Source of the DNA: the human T2T-CHM13v2.0 reference genome, Homo sapiens
NCBI RefSeq assembly: GCF_009914755.1
Contig: NC_060939.1
DNA length: 64,000 nt
Reading direction: 5' to 3' (one strand)
Below, in pieces: positions 57,780-64,000 of the stretch. The position numbers and the translations under genes are program-made. Under the pieces are notes generated by a model. The model was not told the DNA's origin. It saw nothing but the letters and a program-made list of their open reading frames with translations, and did no database searches. Position 1 is the first letter of the stretch, and each line of letters opens with the position of its first letter.

Positions 57780-58737
57780 TGGGTAAAATCCAACAATGAC
57801 TATCTTATTCCCCCAGTCTTGCTGAGAACGAGGAACCAGGCGCCCCTACCCAAAAAGACCCGAAAAGTCTTATCTGAAGACATGAGAGTTACCAAGGCAG
57901 TGAGGACTTGGATGAAATTCCTGGAGAGAAGAGAAGCAAACAAGGAGGTCAGGGTAACATTTAGGGCTGCTTATCCCCCTAAGGCATTTATCAATTTTCA
58001 AAAGGTGGTATTGAGAGGCTAAAAAACAACCCAGGAGGTTGTAAAGCTGAAGAAAGCTCTGCTAGTCTTACAGCACTGGGAGGACAAAAACTAGAGTTCA
58101 GGGCCAATGGATGAGGAAGAGTCTTGGAAAACCAAGGCTTTCAGGCGGGACCCCCTGATGACTGCATCCTGTAAGTTAGGAGTAAAGTAGGAATTGACCA
58201 GCCCTCACCAAGTCTGAGGTCCAGCTGTGAGTGAGCTCAATCTCTGATTCTGCCTACAAGCAAAAGTAAATCATTTTTGGAGGAAAATGACACTATCAAT
58301 AGCCTCCAATGATCTCTATAATTTTTAATTTACAATGTCCAATATTCATTAAAAACGATCAGGCCTACCAAAAGATGAGACCAAAATAGTAGAAAACAAA
58401 GAGAAAAGAAAAAAGAAACAAGAGTTAACTGAAAAAGATCCACAGAGATTAAGATATTGGGGACATGAGACATGGATTTTATAATTTTGCCATGTCAAAA
58501 TTTCAAGAACAGGAAAAACTAGGAACATCATAAACAATGACATCCATGAAGGCATCTTTGATGCACACAAAATAAAATACACATAAAGAATATAAAGAAG
58601 AAAATGTTAGAGAAAAATGAGTTACCTAAATACCACAAAAGTTACCACATTTTGTTTTCAGGAATAAAACTTCAAAATATAACACAATTTAAAGAAGGCT
58701 TTTAAAAATCCTTACAGATAAAGAATATAGAAGCTAA

Positions 58738-59170
58738 TTTTATTTTATTTTTTTATTTTAGTGGAGATTGGGTCTCACTCTGTCACCCTGGCTGGAGTGC
58801 AGTGGCACAATCAGAGCTCACTGCAGCCTCAAACTCCTAGACTCAAGTGATCTCCCCCATCTCAGCCTCCCAAGTTTCTGGGACTACAGGTGCACACCAC
58901 CATGCCCAGCAAATTTATTTTTTGTAGAGATGGGGTATTGCTATATTGCCCAGACTGGTCTCAAACTCCTGGCCTCAAACAATCCACCACCTCAACCTCC
59001 CAAAGAGCTAGGATTACAGGTATGAGACACTGCATGTGGCCTAGAGGCTACTTTTATTATTATGTTTTAGATAAGGTCTCACTCTGTCACCCAGACTGGA
59101 GTGCAGTGGCACAATCATAGCTCACTGCAGCCATGACCTCTGAGGCTCAACTGATCTTCCTGGCTAATTT
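58738..59170 (-). mobile_element. AluJ plus adjacent Alu fragment
   Basis: Alu reverse complements. Confidence 0.88.
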
Positions 59171-60241
59171 TAAGTAGTAAACTTGGTAAAATGACTACTA
59201 TAGAATACCAACCACTCTGATTCTCACATTGAAGATGAAAGTGTACAAACCTGAAACTATGAATCCTAGAACTAAAAGTCTTTCTAGAAAACATAATACC
59301 AAAATTCTTCTGCGTTGTGTTGTTACATACACACAAAGTATGGTGATTCACCAAATGTGCTACTTTTATATCTTATATACCAGACATATGGACATGCATG
59401 GACAATTAGAAACCTACTTTAAGTAAGATAGCATGGGGTATTCACAGCACATTCCATTCCACTCCAGCTTTATTTGTTTGCCAGAAGAGTTCCTGGTCTC
59501 TCACATACTAAACACATGGTGGATCTGACTAAAAGGTATAGAAGAAAACCAGAAAAGAACAGTGACAGCCAACTGTAGTTGACAAGGGAACAAACATGGA
59601 GAAGTGTGTCTTAGGAGTCATAAGATTCAACAGCTGTGTGTCCTGAATTAATTGGGGCATAGTGAAAGGAATAGAACTAGAAAGAACTAGGAAGCTCAAA
59701 GGGAGTATACCACTGTCTTCCCTCTTCTTCAAGTAAAGACAACTGTCTGACTTACAGAATATTGTAGAACGGCCTTGTTGTGTACTTATATAATATCCTC
59801 AAACAAGATGGAAGAGCAGCTAGTGCCTATTACATAGCCTGCTTAAAAAACAATAAAAATCCCATAATATTCTACTACTTTATAGATAAGAATACCAAAA
59901 TATTAGGCCTACAAAATCCAATGACTGCTTATTATGAAGGCATTTACTGGAATCTGTTTAAAAGGGGGAAGGGGGTAGCAAAACTGATGTACATGAAGAG
60001 TTCACATTTTCCTTACATGATAAAAAGCCTCATCTCATCCTATTCCAGCAACAATGCTGAAGTTGGCACACATGCAATCAAAGCTGAGACACAGGAGATA
60101 TTGAGACAATTTTGTTGTATTTTGAAAGTCAACTACATTGCTCTATTGCCACATTTCTAGAGCCAAAATTAATAAGAGATTTTTAAATCAAATAATTGTG
60201 TGAAGAAGCAAAAATGTTAAAAAAAAAAAAAATAGAAATAA

Positions 60242-60565
60242 GGCTGGGTGTACAGTGGCTTACGCCTGTAATCTCAGCACTTTGGGAGGCTGAGGTGGAA
60301 GGATCAATTGAGGCCAGGAATTCAAGACAAGCCTGGGTAACAAAATGAGAACTCATCTCTATTTAAAAAAAATAAAATAAAAGTACCCAGGTACAGTGGC
60401 CCGCACCTATAGTCTCAGCTACTCAGGAGGCTGAGGTGGGAGATTGCTTGAGCCCAGGAGTTTGAGGCTGCAGTGGAGCTGACATCATGCCACTGCACTC
60501 CAGCCTGGGTGACGGAACAAGACCCAAGACCCTGTCTCAAACAAACAAACAAAAGAAACAAAAAC
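60242..60565 (+). mobile_element. AluJ
   Basis: ttgagcccaggagtttgaggctgcagtg pattern. Confidence 0.9.
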
Positions 60566-63500
60566 GGAAGAAAATTAGAAATAAATATAAGAGATAGCAG
60601 CAATCTTACACATGCTTCTGAAAATATTCAGAAAGAATGTTTCAAGCAGTATACAATGCTTCAATTTCTAGGATTGCTTCATTAAACTCATGACCATCAA
60701 ACAAATCTCCAAGGGTAGGGGCTGATAAGGAGATCAAGTTCTTACCTAGTCAGTTACTATTTGAGAAGACAAGCGTAGTTGCTGAGGAACAACTTTACCA
60801 TCATCAGTACTCTATTCTGGCAGAGCCAGCCAAACAACATCTTGTTCCTCTAGACACCTCAGTTAAAAGGTAGCAACTTTAGTATTGCAAATGTGTAGTG
60901 TAGTGTATGGTGACTACAGGAATAACCAAAAAGCTGACGGTGGTCAGAAATCAGTATGCCCATTTGTCTAAATCTGGCTACTAAAATTTTAATATAGTCT
61001 TTAATTTGAGTTTTTTTCTTGTATCCCAGTAGTCCATTTTACAACAATGATATTTAGCTTTAACTTCAGCTAAATATTGATCATTTGGCCAAAATGTGTT
61101 TTGGTGAACCACAATATTCAATCAGTGGCACTCCATTTGGTAGGTCTGTATGTACTGACACAGAAAGATACCCATTATCTCAACTGCTACATGAGAAAAG
61201 CACGCTTCAGTATAGTATGAATGATACATATATAGATATAAAGATATATAAGTATGTATATCACAAAAAATACTAATTTATGCATAGAAATTAGTCAAAA
61301 TAATTAATACCTATTTTTAAAATGATTATCTCTCAGAATGTGGGATTGAAGGAAACTTTTCCTTTTGACACAATACATTTTCCAGTTGAATCATCCTTTG
61401 TAAACAACAAGGATTTTTCCTTTTGGAACGAAACAAAATGGAAGAAAATCTAGAGAAAAAGCTCAATTTTCTTGAGGGCAGGGACCTTCTCAGAATGTAT
61501 TTGAGACAAAATATTCAGAGACTTCAAAAGTTGGAACTGCAGACATCATTCATTCTAACCCTCACTTTATAGAGCTGTGAAGAACCTTAGCTCTAGAAAG
61601 TTCAATGTTCTAACCAAGACCACACAGCCATTTAATGGCTAGACACCTAGACTCTTGGCTCACAGCATTTGTTATTTTATTTTTTAACTTTGCTTCTCCA
61701 AAAGACAACCTGGCATCGATTTTTCTCAAACTCCTGGGCTCAAGGGATCCTCCCACCTCAGCCTCCCCTCCCAAGTAGCTAGAAATACAGATGCATGCCA
61801 CCATGCCCAGAGAGCATTTACAATAATAAATTATTAAGTAGTAAAGCTCTTTTTTCCACTGTTTCTGCTAGGCCTCTTGGCTATCTTGAGTTCCCCAGAA
61901 CAAAAGCAAATGCTCAGGAAATATTTTATGATAGTTGACATACTAATATTTGATTTGTTGACATGTTTGAAGATATGGAAGTCCAAACTAAGAAATAAAG
62001 AATTCCTCTTTTTAGGAAATCACCTCAGGAATTTCCTAAAATTATGCCTATAGTACTTTTAAAAATAGTCTGTCTTACAGAACTCTAAGTATTCTAATAA
62101 TGATAGTATTAGTGAAATAAAGGTGTCATACCAATTCCATCACTGTGTTTATAATATCCAGGATTTTCACTCTGCCTAACTTCCCAAACTGGCCTAACAC
62201 ATGTCTTATGGTCAGTGGCAAAGTGGACATTAAACTTGCTAGAATTCCTCAGTACTAATATGCTTTCAAAAAGCTTACCATCTAGTCATAGATAATACAG
62301 CTGCCAATTTTAAGCTTACCCTTTCAGCCCTATCAACAAAAAAAGGGCTTTCAGTCAAGCAAAAGTACTTAACAAAGCTATCCAGTGAGAGTTCAGAGAT
62401 TACAAGGAACAATCTTTACTCAGGCAGAAGGAAACCTGCAAAGACTTTCAGAATGAACAATACAGATCAGGCATATGTGAAGAGTGAATGTGAAAGATGG
62501 AAAATCTTCCCAAGCCTACCACCCAATTCTGATCATTTGATAGTAGCAATTCCCATAACTCATTCATCCTGGCTATTTGGATCTTTCAAATCATATAATT
62601 GACCTGAATCTTTGTGGTGTCTCCTTTAGGAAACCAACTCTAGAAAGCAGAGGAATGTGTCACCAATTCTGCATAAGTACTTCATTTTAAGCTCCATTTT
62701 CCTGGCTCCTCTTCATCATGATCATCTTCCTTTATCTATCCCACAGCCCCTGCAGAACATGTCCTCAACCAGGACACCAAGTTACTGAAAAGTCACAAAT
62801 GAACTTTATAGGTCGACAAAGGCTGAGAAGACCCCAATCTTCACAGAGGAGGAGAGAATGTCCAATAGTCACCGCAATGGCTGCTACCAAAAATAAAATG
62901 TCCTCTTTCATTTCTCTGAACTTCTCTAATCTCATCTATGAAAGATGACATATTTGGAGGGTCAAGGTGGATCCTAAGTCTCCACGCTGACACAGATCAA
63001 TCCAGGGAAAATCCACAGCTCAGCCTACAGGACATAAAAATTCTTCACCACTTCCAATTTCTAGCTTCCATGATTCAGCCTTTGTAGATGCAGATGTGAT
63101 GTCCTTCACCTCAATATTTACCCTAAAACAAGCGACACCTAACACTTTGTCTTTGTGAGGAAGACTATGCAAGTCACTACGGTGATTATTTTAAAAGTTA
63201 GGCTGAGCTAAATGAACAAGAGAATAATAATAAAAATCTCTCCTCCTGCTCAACAGTGACTTATAATTAGCTTTCTCACCAAGTGTAGGGCCCAAAAAGC
63301 CCCTGAGCATCGAACATCCACACTGAGCACTACATAATAGGTTGTGCCTATCTTCCCAATGCCATTAAAAAGCTGCTTCCCCATCTGCATGGATTATGTT
63401 GAAGGAAATGCCAAATACACTAAGGTACCTTAAAGGGATTCTAGGCTTTATGAGAAAAGGATGATGACATTCTGGAATTTAGAACCCAGCTGTTTTCCCC

Positions 63501-63808
63501 AAAACAGTTGGTGACTATTCTGTTAACCCTGTACCACTGTATATGACCTAGTAAAAATTGTCAGATCAATCACCTTCAGAACAAGGCCAGCATCAAACCC
63601 TGGCACAGAACTCCAAGATGAGAGTAGATGACTTGACAAAGCTGAATAAATAAGGGAATACAAAGATCAGTCTTTGGATGGGCAATGAAGTCATAAGATC
63701 TTAGAACTGATCTGTAGTATAGTGTGTCAGGATAAGCTCTGGCTGCATGTAACAAAGACCTGTACCTGTATATCACGGCCCAAACAAGATAAAAGATTCT
63801 ATCTCTGT

Positions 63809-63972
63809 TGATATGGTTTGGCTCTGTCCCCACCCAAATCTCATCTTGAATTGTAGTTCCCATAATCCCCACGAGTCATGAAAGGGACCCAGTGGGAGAT
63901 AACGGAATCATGGGGGGCGGTCTCCCCATGCTATTCGCATGATAGTAAGTTCTGACAAGATTTGATGGTTTT
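63809..63972 (+). mobile_element. THE1-type LTR 5' part, interrupted by a minus-strand Alu at the window edge
   Basis: tgatatggtttggctctgtccccacccaaatctcatcttgaattgtag start; tttgagatggagtctcgctctgtc follows. Confidence 0.85.
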
Positions 63973-64000
63973 TTGTTTTGAGATGGAGTCTCGCTCTGTC

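Overview
Human-type genomic DNA holding the 3' ends of two convergent genes. Plus strand: the last 24 coding exons of RYR3 (ryanodine receptor 3), about 1205 C-terminal residues. They cover the central/Ca2+-binding domain, EF hands, S1-S6, the GGGIGD filter and the C-terminal zinc finger. The stop is at 42873-42875 and the 3'UTR runs to about 43750. Minus strand: the last four exons of AVEN (stop at 44258-44260) and the start of its large upstream intron. I placed every exon by hand on AG/GT boundaries, and the reading phase carries through both genes. Introns hold about 28 Alus, a near full-length Tigger1, and L1/L2/MIR/MaLR relics. Best leads: (1) a TSD-bounded L1 3' transduction at 56711-57789; (2) inverted Alus tightly bracketing two phase-0 RYR3 exons, whose 288-nt back-spliced circle would be a stop-free ORF; (3) a candidate cryptic 87-nt exon upstream of the 87-nt S1 cassette exon; (4) poly(A) signals of the two genes 158 nt apart, with a miR-25/92/367 seed overlapping the RYR3 signal and tandem miR-30/miR-141 sites in the AVEN 3'UTR; (5) a (TA)7 repeat inside an AVEN splice acceptor. 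I see no new protein-coding gene or novel multi-gene system. Exon numbers assume a 104-exon RYR3 and a 362-aa AVEN (from memory). Repeat subfamilies and boundaries are approximate.
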